Assembly: GCA_002269645.1 (NCBI GenBank)
Contig: NIVC01004608.1
Span: forward strand, 1 to 40,677
Length of the DNA: 40,677 nucleotides
Reading direction: 5' to 3'
Origin: Macrostomum lignano
Taxonomy: Eukaryota
This document shows, piece after piece, positions 24,394-35,050 of the stretch. Made by a program: the position numbers and the translations under genes. Position 1 is the first letter of the stretch, and every line of letters begins with the position of its first letter. The notes below the pieces were generated by a model. That model searched no databases and had not been told where the DNA came from. It worked only from the letters and a program-made list of their open reading frames with translations.

Positions 24394-25963
24394 AAAAGAA
24401 CCACTCAGTTGCAAAAAATTCGCGCCACTCAGTTAGAAAAAATTTGCGCCACAGCAGAAAAACTCGCGCATTCGCACCACTTTACTCAAAATTCGCGCCT
24501 GGTGCGAATTCGCGCCATCCTGGGACCACTGATTTTCCGATCCTTATAGGAATTTGTATGTTTAAATAATAAATTTACGTTGAATACAATTTATTGCAAC
24601 CGAACTCTATAAAATACACGTTGTCAAGAGTAACAAAAGTGATAAACAAGTAAACCTTAAAAATAATGTTAAATATGTTGTAGAATTATAGAGTGTAACA
24701 TTATAAGATAGTTAAAGTTAATAAAATACATTATTAGGCCTATACTATAGCTTTTCTATCATTTTCATTAGTCATTTTAGGTTGTAACTAAACTTACCGT
24801 TTTAACAAATTATTTTATTAAAAATAAAGCTATACATTAATAATTTGTGCTTTTATAGACTATTTTACCTTTTAAAAACTTAAATAAATTTATTTTATAG
24901 CTTTATTGCTTTCAAATTGCCAAAAAACGAATTTTCATAAATCTTGCCCCCAATTTTTGGATTTTGCCATATTATAGGCCTATATAGGCCTACGTAAAAA
25001 TACAATAAAACCTATATTTACTTACGTTTTTTACTTTTGCAAAAAAATTAGGTAAAAACTAATTCAAATAATTGCAGAGTAAGGCATAATTAATTCAAAT
25101 TGCATAACAATAAAATAATCAAGATTCGAGTAGGTGTCTAAGAAGTCTATAAATTCTAGAAACAAGGCCTATAGATTCATTGTAAAATAGATAATTATTG
25201 TTAGGTCCTATCAACTTTATTAGACAGATATTAGAGATAACAAAATGCCTATATTTGTCTGGTATTAACGAGACCGAGGAATAGGGTAGTCAAACATGTC
25301 TATTTATCCAGTAACTGGAAAAGTAACAAAACCACGTTGAAATTTGTCTAGTCACTATTTTAAAATGCTTCCTTTCTTAAATTTTCTCTTAATTTAAACC
25401 TTAAAAAATGCTTTTCGATTTTTTAATGTATTTTAAAGGAAATATTTACTTTTTGCAGTTTTAAAAAAAGTTTTACTCGTAATTCATTTTTAACAAAAAA
25501 TGTAATATAAAATACACAGCTATTTACAAATAACGAAACTTAAATTGCAATAAAAAACATTTTTACTGTAATAAAAATCTAGGCAACTGTAGAATAAACT
25601 TTTTTTCACGTGGTTTAAACAACTTTCTTAGAAGAAACAACTTATAAGTGTCCTGGAAACCAATGAAAGTTTTTCTCACGACGGTCTGTCGCCTCAATTT
25701 ATAAATGGTAATGGTATCTATTAAACCTACACCATTGACCATTAAAACATTCAGTTCTTGATTCCTCATAAATTCCAGAAATGATGTCTCTGTCCTAATA
25801 TTTTGAGGATCTGAAGATTAATTCTAGGCCTAATCTGTAGTCTGTACTAGTGATGGACCGAATGTATATTTTGGCAAGTTTCCGAAACCGAATCCGAATG
25901 TACGAAAAAAAGTTAATCCGATTTCGAATATCCGAATGTTTCCGAATGTAGACAAAAGTCTAA

Positions 25964-26017
25964 GGCGGGAGTAACTATGACACCTTTCAGTCACAAAAGC
26001 TGCGTCATCTAATTAGT
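25964..26017 (+). other. Short 28S rRNA-like fragment (helix 69-71 region) with a substituted core; not a functional rRNA gene
   Basis: Exact 18-nt GGCGGGAGTAACTATGAC and 15-nt CGTCATCTAATTAGT matches to conserved eukaryotic 28S, separated by 21 nt (ACCTTTCAGTCACAAAAGCTG) instead of the 23-nt TCTCTTAAGGTAGCCAAATGCCT. Confidence 0.8.
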
Positions 26018-26144
26018 AATCGTTGTGCTGTACATTAATTTACTGACAAGATTTAATCTAATCTCGGGCTTATACTATATCTATATCTATCTAGTATCTG
26101 AATTGAATTAAACTTAGAATTGAACTCAATTCTTATGTATAATC

Positions 26145-26525
26145 TGGGAGCAGGAGAAATGCCCACAGACAATAATTACCCGCCGAGATTTGCCTGCAAG
26201 CCGCAATGCATTTTGCCCGTGAGCAAATTGCCTGTGGAGATTTTCCCAACCAAGAATTGCCTGCCAAGATTTGCCTGCAAATTGCAAAAATTTATGAGCA
26301 AATTGCCCGTGGAGATTTTCCCAACCGAGAATTGCCTGCTGAGATTTGCCCGCGGCTGTAGTGCAATTTGCCCGTGAGTAGATTGCCCGCAAGTGAATTG
26401 CCTGCGAGCAAGAATTGCCAGCAAACCTTGGCGGGAAAAAACTCCGCGGGCAACCGATTGCTCGCGGGCAATCTACTCATGGGCAAATTGCACTGTGGGC
26501 AATCTACTTGCAGGCAAATTGCTAA
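26145..26525. repeat. Element rich in semi-palindromic GGCAAATTGCC motifs with internal direct and inverted copies (probable nested non-autonomous transposon)
   Basis: About 58-bp direct duplication near 26221 and 26297; about 30-bp inverted pair near 26360-26390 and 26464-26493. Confidence 0.6.
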
Positions 26526-27165
26526 TTAATCTAACTAATTCCAATTACTAGGCCTAATACTGACATTATGTTTGTGCTTGTGCAGTTTGATAACTTTACT
26601 GTGTATTTATACTTATAAGTGCACATAAAGTCGTCGCATTTGCATTTTGAAAAAAGTGATGATTAGGCCTACACTTGAACAAAGATTACTGCGATTAAAT
26701 TTTTCTGCAACTTAAGGTTGAATGCATTTGGAAGCACATTTGGAAATTCAGAAATTAAAATCTCCTAATCCGAAACATTTGGATTTCTAAAAAGTGAGAC
26801 TTTTTCGGATTTGGAATCAGAATCAGAATATTTGGATCCATCCCCCACCCGCAATGGTACGACTAGTACGTAACCGGTACGTTCCAATTAGGTACCAATT
26901 GGAACATTCCGGTATATCCCATTGGGAGTAAGTTGGTAAGTACCAATAACATACCATTAGTACGCACCATGCAATAACGTACCATAGTTCAAAACAAACT
27001 ATAAATTGCTTTCCTGTGATCGCCTCCTTTGCAGTGCACTGCCACTTTCTTTCTTACCTCTCATATTTATGCTTTTAAAATCCAATATTTTTACACGCTC
27101 GCCTTTTAACATCTTGGCAGAATGTGTTCTTTTTTACTTGGCTTTTGCCTTTCTTATACATAGAT

Positions 27166-27265
27166 AGTATATACAGATAGTTGAGAGTAACAAGAATAGT
27201 TGAATTGAAAACTAAATTAAAAACAATTCAACTACTCTTGTTACTCTCAACTATCTATATATACT
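27166..27265 (-). other. Near-perfect inverted repeat: 42-bp arms, 16-nt loop
   Basis: Arms 27166-27207 and 27224-27265 match 40/42; both mismatches become G-U pairs on the minus strand. Confidence 0.85.
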
Positions 27266-29629
27266 GAATATTTGTTCAAATTGTTTCTTAAATAAAAAGA
27301 CCCTGACGATGTCATAATGCAAATGGATGAAATGCATTGGCAACTCAAATAAATAGGCCTAAATAAATAACTTCATGTTGATATTTACCTTTATTCTGAT
27401 CATTATTCCAACTCATAATGTGGTATGAAATATGTAAATACATAAATATAAGTATTAGTAATATGTAAATAAATATCCTAATATGTTAAATATTAGGAAT
27501 CATAGGCCTATCCAATTTAAATAATTTTCTAGATAATAAAATTGAAACAATGCATTTTTATATACTACTAATAACAATAAGTAGGACCTAAAATATTTAG
27601 ATCATAAAAAAGACTAGATGATAATTACTATGAGATATTTATATGAAAATTATCCTACTAAATTTATATAAGAAATTCTCTAGGCCAATAAAATTACTTA
27701 GCCTATGCCCTATGGTAGAAGTAAAGTATCTAATACTAATTATGCAATATGGATATTAACATTAATCTTCAGTCTATTTTTGCCAATGATCACAAGTATT
27801 CTTTTGCTTATCAGTTGCTACATTAGCCCAAACCCTTGGCTCTAGCCTTCTTGCTATTTCTTATAGTTATATAAACTCTTGATTAAATATTATGTTTTCA
27901 TTTTTTATGGCCTTGTCATTTTGCACATTGAAATGATGACCTAAAATGAAATATTTTTCATTAGTAAAATGATTGGTTTTGCATCTTGAAATAAAGAATA
28001 TAGAACTTAGAGGCAAAAGTGGCATTTCTGTCTTGTTTCCTTGCTTAAGACTTGCACTTTTCTCTTGAAGCATTGGATCAGACTTAGAGCCTGTCTTCTC
28101 TAATCTCTCATTTGCCTCATAGACTTTTCTAAAAGCTGTATCTTTTTGGGCTATTACTCTTATTGGTCATTGGATTGCAATGCACCTAGGCTCAAACCTT
28201 ATTAGCAATATTCTTAGTTCTCACAGCTCTTTTGACTCCTGCATGCCTTAGTAACATTACCAAACTTCTTGATTCTTAAAGCAATCCAGTATAGAGTTGA
28301 TCAATTGCATAGTTTTTCAGTTTCCTGGCAATAATAGTAATAGCAAATTTATTAGTGTTCCGCCATAGCTACAGCTATGGCTATAGGATCCTACAGCAGA
28401 TATGATAAAATAGGTGCCTATGGCAACTACAGATATGCCTATGGTAGATAGCTGCTCTTATGGCTACAACTATGAAAATATGGTAGTTGCTGTCATATTA
28501 TACATAGATTCCTATAGCTGTAGTTATTAATTTAAAAAATTTAAAAAATATTGAAACAGATGGAATAAAACAAAGATACTTTGGTAAACTATATTAGGCT
28601 TAGAAACTTATAAATTATACCTAATAAAGTACAACAAATGAACAAAACATTTGCAGTAGTACTTTCAGTAGTGATTAAGTATTGTTACTCTTTGTAAAAA
28701 GATGAAATATAATCTTACAAAGGTAATCAAGCTTTTGTTTTATTTTCTACCTTATTTTTGCAATTGTTTAAGTGCCAGGTTGTTTTCCTGGTTCAAAATA
28801 TTTTTTTTCCTATACTTTTTATTGAAACTATGGCTATTGCTATAGGAACTATGGGAATATGATAATATTGGGGTCTCTATGGCTATAGAATATAGAATTG
28901 GAATAAGCCATAGTTTTGCTTACAGCTATGGCTATGGCACATAGAACCTTCTTATGGTAGAACACTAAAGTTTATATCCTTAATGTATTTTGGTATAGAA
29001 ATAGCTAAGACTTTATAGTTGGCTAGCATTATATTGATAAAAAATGAAATGTAGCAAAACCAAAAAAATTCCAATTGAATATAAAAACAAAAAATGCAAA
29101 TGATAATTTCTTGGAATTTTGTCCTTTTTAATGCTAGCTTTTGTCTTTTAACATGGTTGCAATTTATAAGCTATAACCTATTATATTTATTTTAAAAGTT
29201 CTAAAAACAGTTCAATTTTTAGTTCACCAATATTCCATGTATCTAAACATTATATTCAGTAACAAAACAAAACATGAGAGCATTGCTTATAAATTAAGGG
29301 TCTCTTCCTTTAAAAAAAACAAAATTTTAAGCCTTGGTAAATATGGAAATGTTCACAGTATAGGCTAAAAAGTAGTAGAGGTAGGACCCAAGATTATTCT
29401 TGAGGAGTCAGCTGACTCCTTTAACCCCCCTAGATCTGCCAGTAAGTTAAGATCCATACATGCATATATACTAGGGCCTACAGCATTATTTATGAGACCT
29501 AACTGTTAATCCCATCATTTAATTGTGCGCTCTGCAATAAAACAAATCCTGCAGAAAATACAATAAATTTTATTCAACCAAGAAGCCAGCTATCAGACAG
29601 CTGAGTGACAGTGAGCTAAAAAATCAGCC

Positions 29630-31604
29630 ATGTCGGAGGTTGCTAAGCGCAAAAGCAAGCGAAAATCAGCTGCCATTGATGCCGCCGAGGATCCCTGCAA
29701 ACTCACGCCCGATGAAGAGGCCGTTGCCAAGGCATTGCTATGGGAACTGCCTAGCAAAGAGGGGAAACTAGCCGGCATGAAAGTTGGAATATTTCTAGCC
29801 GACGAAGCGATTGAATTTCTGCTTAAATCGCGATTCGCCTCGCCCGGCAAGGACGGCAAAGAGGCGGTGATCAAGGATGCCAGAGCGGCGACCCAGCTGA
29901 TGTCGACCCTGCTGGCCAAGGGTCTGTTCCAGCGGGCGTTGAAATTGCAAAAAGACAAGCGGTCGAGCAGGCGCGAGGATAAGGTGAGGCTTATGCAGAG
30001 TAGGGCAGAGAAGCAAATTTTAGCCTCACCGTTAGGGGTGGAGGTAAAAAATGATTGCATGTGCTTCCCTGTTGATAAAGAGCCTGCAACAGTAAATATG
30101 TTTCAGTTTTTTTTGTGAGGGGCAAAGTAGCTCTGATGTAACGCGTTTGTAATCCGTATATTCCTATTGTTCACAATCACAATGATTGTGCATTTTGTGC
30201 CTGTAGCTTCTCGTGTGATTAACGATTCCTACTCATGATGACCAACCTCTTAAGGTGTTTAGACTGTACTTGTCTGAGGATAAGAAAGTCATGCCCGCTG
30301 TACACCCTATGAGAGTGTGTAGTATGACTGGGATATCGACCGTTGATAATGAGTATGTTAGGATGTAGAATATGGATAATAAGTAGATTAGGGTTAAGAA
30401 TGGAGATAATGAGTAGATTAGGGTTAAGAATGGAGATAATGAGTAGATTTGGGTTAAGAATGGAGATAATGAGGTTGGGTGTAGAATTCGGATAATGAGT
30501 AGATTGGGATTTAGAATGAATATAATGAGTAGATATGAGTGTAGAAAGGAGATAATGAGTAGATTAGAGTTTAGAATGGGGATGTAGAGTGGAGATAATG
30601 AGTAGATTTGGATATAAAGTAGAATTTATCAAAGCGGATCAGGAAAGTAGACTAAATGGGATTATTAATTTGACTCACTTAAGGCAGATTAGATAACTCG
30701 TATTAAGTAGACGGTGACAGTCGTTTAAGGCCTTAAATTAAAATTATTTATCTAGGTAGTTATTGAAGGCCTGCATTGTTTTCCCTTGTCCCATTTTTAG
30801 ACCGGCAGCAAGCGCGATGAGAAGGCAATCGAAAAGGCCGACCAGCAGTCATCCAAGGAAGAATCGACCGCGAAAGTCGCCGCCGTTGACGACGAAGCCG
30901 CGGCGGCCCGCGAACGGCGCGAGAAGCGCGCCCGCGAGCGCCAAGAGAAACGAAAGCGTGGCCGGCCGCGCCTGGAGATTCACGAGTTGCAAGCGTTTGT
31001 GCCAAATGCCGGCGAGGTTTACATCTGGCATTACGATCCAACCCGGCCTAGGAATGTTGTGCTGGGATTCCTGATGGTTCTCGGCTCCATTCTGCTGTGC
31101 CTGTTCCCAATGTGGCCCCTGCAACTGCGCACAGGTAGCTATTCCAATTCTTAATCTCAATCCTTAATTCTAATAGGATACGTAATTCGTAATCTTGATA
31201 GCTCCGTAAGCTTAATGCAGTTTATAAGTTCGGTTAAATATTGAAGCTTAAAATTCTAGGAAATTTTATATCAAGGATTCACTATTAATAACCGCATTCC
31301 CCTGTTGTCAGGCACTTATTACCTGTCAATCGGCGCACTCTGCCTCCTCGGTGGCCTCATCAGCCTGTCTCTACTGCGATATCCTTTATTCGGCCTAATC
31401 TGGTGTTTAAGTCTGGGTCGGCTGCACTTTTGGTTTCTGCCAAATCTCACTGAGGATGTCGGGGTTTTAGAGTCCTTTGTGCCGGTCATCAGCTACGACT
31501 GGTCGACAACTAAAACTCCGGCGGTGGCGTCGATGGCGGCGGCTTCGTCTACAGGAACTGCGGAGGCAAGCGACGGCGCTAATGGTAGCAAAAAGACCAA
31601 TTAA
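29630..31604 (+). CDS. SEC62: Translocation protein SEC62; exons 29630-29983, 30801-31134, 31312-31604; 326 aa
   Basis: Exon 2 reads RLEIHELQAFVPNAGEVYIWHYDP...GFLMVLGSILLCLFPMWPLQLRTG; exon 3 reads TYYLSIGAL...HFWFLPNLTEDVGVLESFVP, as in Sec62 (VYVWIYDP, LFPLWP, FWFLPNLTADVGF). GT-AG introns, phases 0 and 1. Confidence 0.96.
30345..30610. repeat. Degenerate about 30-bp minisatellite (GAGTAGATTAGGGTTAAGAATGGAGATAAT) in SEC62 intron 1
   Basis: About 8 copies; the best units contain TTAGGG. Confidence 0.8.
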
Positions 31605-31843
31605 AATTATCTAAGCGTAGTACTTTTGCACTTACATGCTACTTACTGGGCGCGCTAAGTAGTGTAGTGCGCATATTTTTTCCTAACAAAAAATCGACTT
31701 AGAATCATCATCCGAAATTTGCGTCATTTGGTTTGAAGTGCTTATGTGCGTACTTTTCTGTTACTTTCCACGGTGTCAGGCGTGTCAGCTACCTTTTTAC
31801 TTAGTCTTTGTATATCAGTTGCTTCAAATTGAATGCCGTCAAT

Positions 31844-31849
31844 AATAAA
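31844..31849 (+). terminator. Candidate polyadenylation signal for SEC62
   Basis: AATAAA 240 nt after the stop. Confidence 0.55.
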
Positions 31850-33141
31850 TTTTATTATTTTTGTCTTCCTTTTGTTCGCCTTCTGTAAGTAAGATTGGAC
31901 TGTCAGACGTGCTTAACCAGACTCCATCGAAGACCATGCCTATTGGAAAAAAGCATTGGATAAAGCAAGCGTTGGCCGTTGGATTTCCCGGTGGTTAAGC
32001 TAAGACTTCTGTCTCAAACCACACGGCAGAGTTTGTCATTAATTATATCTCAAGTCTAGTCTGTTTATGCTTGTACGTGTGTATTTCCGCCTTGTAGCTT
32101 CTTCGAAATGTTGCCGTATATTTATTAATCTGGTAAAATGCAAATAATTTTTTTCTTAAATTGAATCTGCCTTTAACTTATAAAATGTGTAAACTGGTAA
32201 ATTTTACTCTTACTTCAATAGAGGTAAAAATGCATGTAGCTAATGTAGCTAACCAAGCCAGTGATGTGAAATATTGCCTTTTATTTCTTAGAAAAGAGAG
32301 GGCTTTTCTTGTTCTTAGAATCCTTAACTTGCAGTTAAAGTGTAAATGTAACGGAATTTCCCTTATCTGTTTGAAGTCTGGCGTAAGGTAGATGTGTTTT
32401 TATCGATTTTAGTCGGCTCTTTAACCCAGTCCCCTCCTGGCCCTCTTAGTGCAGTGTTGACTGAGGTGGGTGAAGCGAATCGATTTTCTCGCCGGTCAGT
32501 CAACCCACCCAACCCCACCTCCCTCCCTGGCCGGCAGGCAGACTATTCCGGCTAACCCAGCTAGATTACTATTGGCTAACGGCTTTCGCCTGTTATCAAC
32601 GCTCAGTCGACCCCTCCCAGATGCACTTTGTTTTCAACTTGTTTAACGGCACAGTAAATTAATCACCCGTTAGCGTTGATGGATGCTTTTTTGTTTTTTT
32701 TTCTAAGGATTCCAAGCGTAGGTAAGTGATGGTGTGCAGAATTTTTGTGCAGTTAGAATTTCTTTTTATTATTTAACCTGCGCATCTGACTAAAATCTGT
32801 CCTGCAAAAATATTAAATGCCTGTACGCTCAAAAAAAATTAGAAAGAATGAAATACAATCCTATATTGCTTTAATATCTAATAGAAGAACGTTTTCATTT
32901 CACTTTATCAACGTAATGCTTGTTGAATGCATACATTAACTAGTTCAATTGTTCTTTGACGTCTTCATTTGACATTTTAGATGATTTTTATTTAGTCACT
33001 ATAATGATACTAATTTACCTAAAATCTATTTGCTTCTGCAAATTGGCATTGGAATCAAGAAACATTAAACAGTACTTTTATAATAGGCTGAATATTAACG
33101 AGCAGACATAGAAATATATAATTGTCAGTAGATTAGACAGC

Positions 33142-33147
33142 TTTATT
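33142..33147 (-). terminator. Candidate polyadenylation signal for the calumenin-like gene
   Basis: AATAAA on the minus strand about 40 nt after the stop. Confidence 0.6.
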
Positions 33148-33187
33148 AAATCGAAGTGCCGACCAGCTATAGACAATAGCTGGCTTC

Positions 33188-34927
33188 CTAAAGCTCGTCG
33201 TGGTGAGAGCTGCTAGATTCCGGCTTGTGCCCGACGAAAGTCTGCCAGTTGTTCATGATCTCATCGCGGCTTAGACTCTTGTCGTTGTCTTTGTCGGCCA
33301 GTTTCAGCAGGTGCTCGGTTTCCTAGGCAAAGTTATTATATAGCGTTTTAGAAGACTTTTATTACGATAAGTAGCTTCGAAACATATTTTCGCACAACAT
33401 ATAATAATAAAATCTACCTTGCGCGAATTATCGTAATCTTCGGGTACGATCCACTTGTACACCTCTGCTGGATCAAGAACGCCATCCTTGTTCACGTCGA
33501 TCTTCTCCTGAGATAAAAAATAGAAAAACGAATTAATGAATGTAGAAGTAGTAGACCATGCACTTTGAAGGACTGGGAACGGACATCGGCACTCACGGCA
33601 GACCATTAATGGCCTAAGGTCATGCATGTAAATATAAAGTTAACTGTAATGCTTCACCTTAAACTGTTTCTCCTCCTTCTCCACCCAATTTGGCAACTTT
33701 TTCTTCGCCTTCACGTCGGCTTCATAGCTAGGGTACAGGTCGTTCATGAACTCGTTCAAGTCAACTTTGCCATCCTTGTTCTTATCCGTAACGATCATGG
33801 CCTCCTGGATGACAACGTCGCGCATTCTTGGCGACTCCTCCGGGTGGAGAAAGTCGGCGAACTCATCTTTGTTGAGCAAGCGGTCGCCGTTGGCGTCGGC
33901 CTTTGCCCAGCGAGCCTGGTCGCGCATTGTGCGATTTTTGAACTCTTCAAGGGCCTGCTTGTTCGTTCCTTGGCCTCCAACCATGTCATGGTGAATGGAT
34001 TTCTTGTATTGGTCGCTGGTGAATTGAACGGAGGGTGGAGCGATGTAAATTACGAGTAGGGACCAAGGGAGTAGTATCAAGTTACAAGTTTACTCGTTCG
34101 TACTATATACGAACTCGAATACGGAACGGGACCTCTCTGACTCAAAGCCAATTCTCACAAGGTCAGCGGTGCGTTGACGTCCAGCTCATGGTTGAATAGC
34201 TTAACTGCCTCGAAGCGTTTATCGGACGCTAGGCGGCTCTCACGTCGAGCGACAGCTGCCAGCCACTTCTGCAGCTCATCTTGGCTGATCTTTGTGTCGT
34301 TATTGAGGTCAATCTTTGGCAGAAGCTGGAGCAGTGCGTCCTTGGCCTCATTGGGCGTCATTTCGTCAAATTTGCGCGCACCTTCGCTTCCTGTTTTTAT
34401 TGCGGCAGAAGTAAATGTTTTAAGCCTTAATCGAATCTTCAGAAAAAGCCACTTTAATTATGAGCGCATAATAATACCTTATGTCCCGAGGACTTTAGAA
34501 TAGAATACGCTCGTAATGTCGGGTGATACAGAAACACGAGAAAGTAGAGCTTTAAAACTTGAGGGTTGGATCATGGTCAAAGACCTGAGGAATGGAGCTG
34601 CTTACAGACTCAAGGATTGGTGCTTAAAGGCCGGAGAAAGAGCACCGAATATCAATGCCAATTAGCTATGCTACGAGCTTCGAGTAGTACATTCTTACCA
34701 AGGAAAGCCTCCCGGTCATAGCCAGGAGTGTGGTCCTTGTCATCGTCATCGTCATCATCATCGTCATCGTCATCGTCGTCATCGTAGTCGTGATCAAGAT
34801 CGGACGGTCGGGAATCGTAGACGCGCGGATCTCGGCGACGACCGCGCCGGCGGCCGGCCTCGGTGTCAACTATCAGCATCGACGCCACTAGCAGCAGAAG
34901 CAGCAAAGGCAACGTTCGGTAGAACAT
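33188..34927 (-). CDS. CALU: CREC-family ER EF-hand Ca2+-binding protein (calumenin/reticulocalbin-like); exons 34927-34699, 34390-34159, 34015-33658, 33507-33418, 33322-33188; 347 aa
   Basis: Signal peptide; DREAFLG|GSEGARKFDEMTPNEAK (calumenin DHDAFLG...FDQLTPEESK); EF-hands DANGDRLLNKDE, DKNKDGKVDLNE and DVNKDGVLDPAE; FLHPEESPRM; C-terminal HDEL; four GT-AG introns with consistent phases. CALU versus RCN orthology is unresolved. Confidence 0.92.
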
Positions 34928-35040
34928 GATTTGTTGACTTAGGAATTATGAAAATACAAACTCCTTTAACGGGATGACGTTGGGTCCTCTAAATGCAAGC
35001 TTCAAAGGTCCTCTTATACTATCGGAGGGTATACGATTAA

Positions 35041-35050
35041 GATGACGTGT
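35041..35050. promoter_or_regulatory. XBP1/UPRE-like motif GATGACGTGT about 115 bp upstream of the calumenin-like ATG; related GATGACGTTG at 34973
   Basis: Exact match to the GATGACGTGK XBP1-type consensus, next to a gene for an ER-resident protein. Confidence 0.35.

Larger units (their letters stand above)
22946..24531 (-). mobile_element. Internally deleted hAT DNA transposon, 1586 bp
   Basis: 12-bp perfect TIR CAGTGGTCCCAG; exact 8-bp TSD ATTTTCCG at 22938-22945 and 24532-24539; subterminal TTCGCGCC repeats at both ends; transposase C-terminal remnant inside. Confidence 0.93.
25848..26845. mobile_element. Decayed non-autonomous hAT-like element
   Basis: Left end TAGTGATGGACCGAAT with several CCGAAT subterminal repeats; right end ATTTGGATCCATCCCC with TTCGGA/TTTGGA repeats; ends imperfect, no TSD confirmed. 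Confidence 0.5.

Noticed and set aside
25950-26050. The 28S-complementary minus strand as a canonical box C/D snoRNA
   Set aside because: No RTGATGA C box upstream and no CTGA directly after either antisense stretch; the +5 rule does not point to modifications I recall. Kept only as a weak alternative.
30247-30256. CTCTTAAGGT, a partial match to the I-PpoI/R2 core in SEC62 intron 1
   Set aside because: Only 10 nt with no flanking rDNA similarity; could be chance
32456-32504. Short hairpin GTTGACTGA...TCAGTCAAC between SEC62 and the calumenin-like gene
   Set aside because: 9-bp outer stem only; no recognisable RNA family
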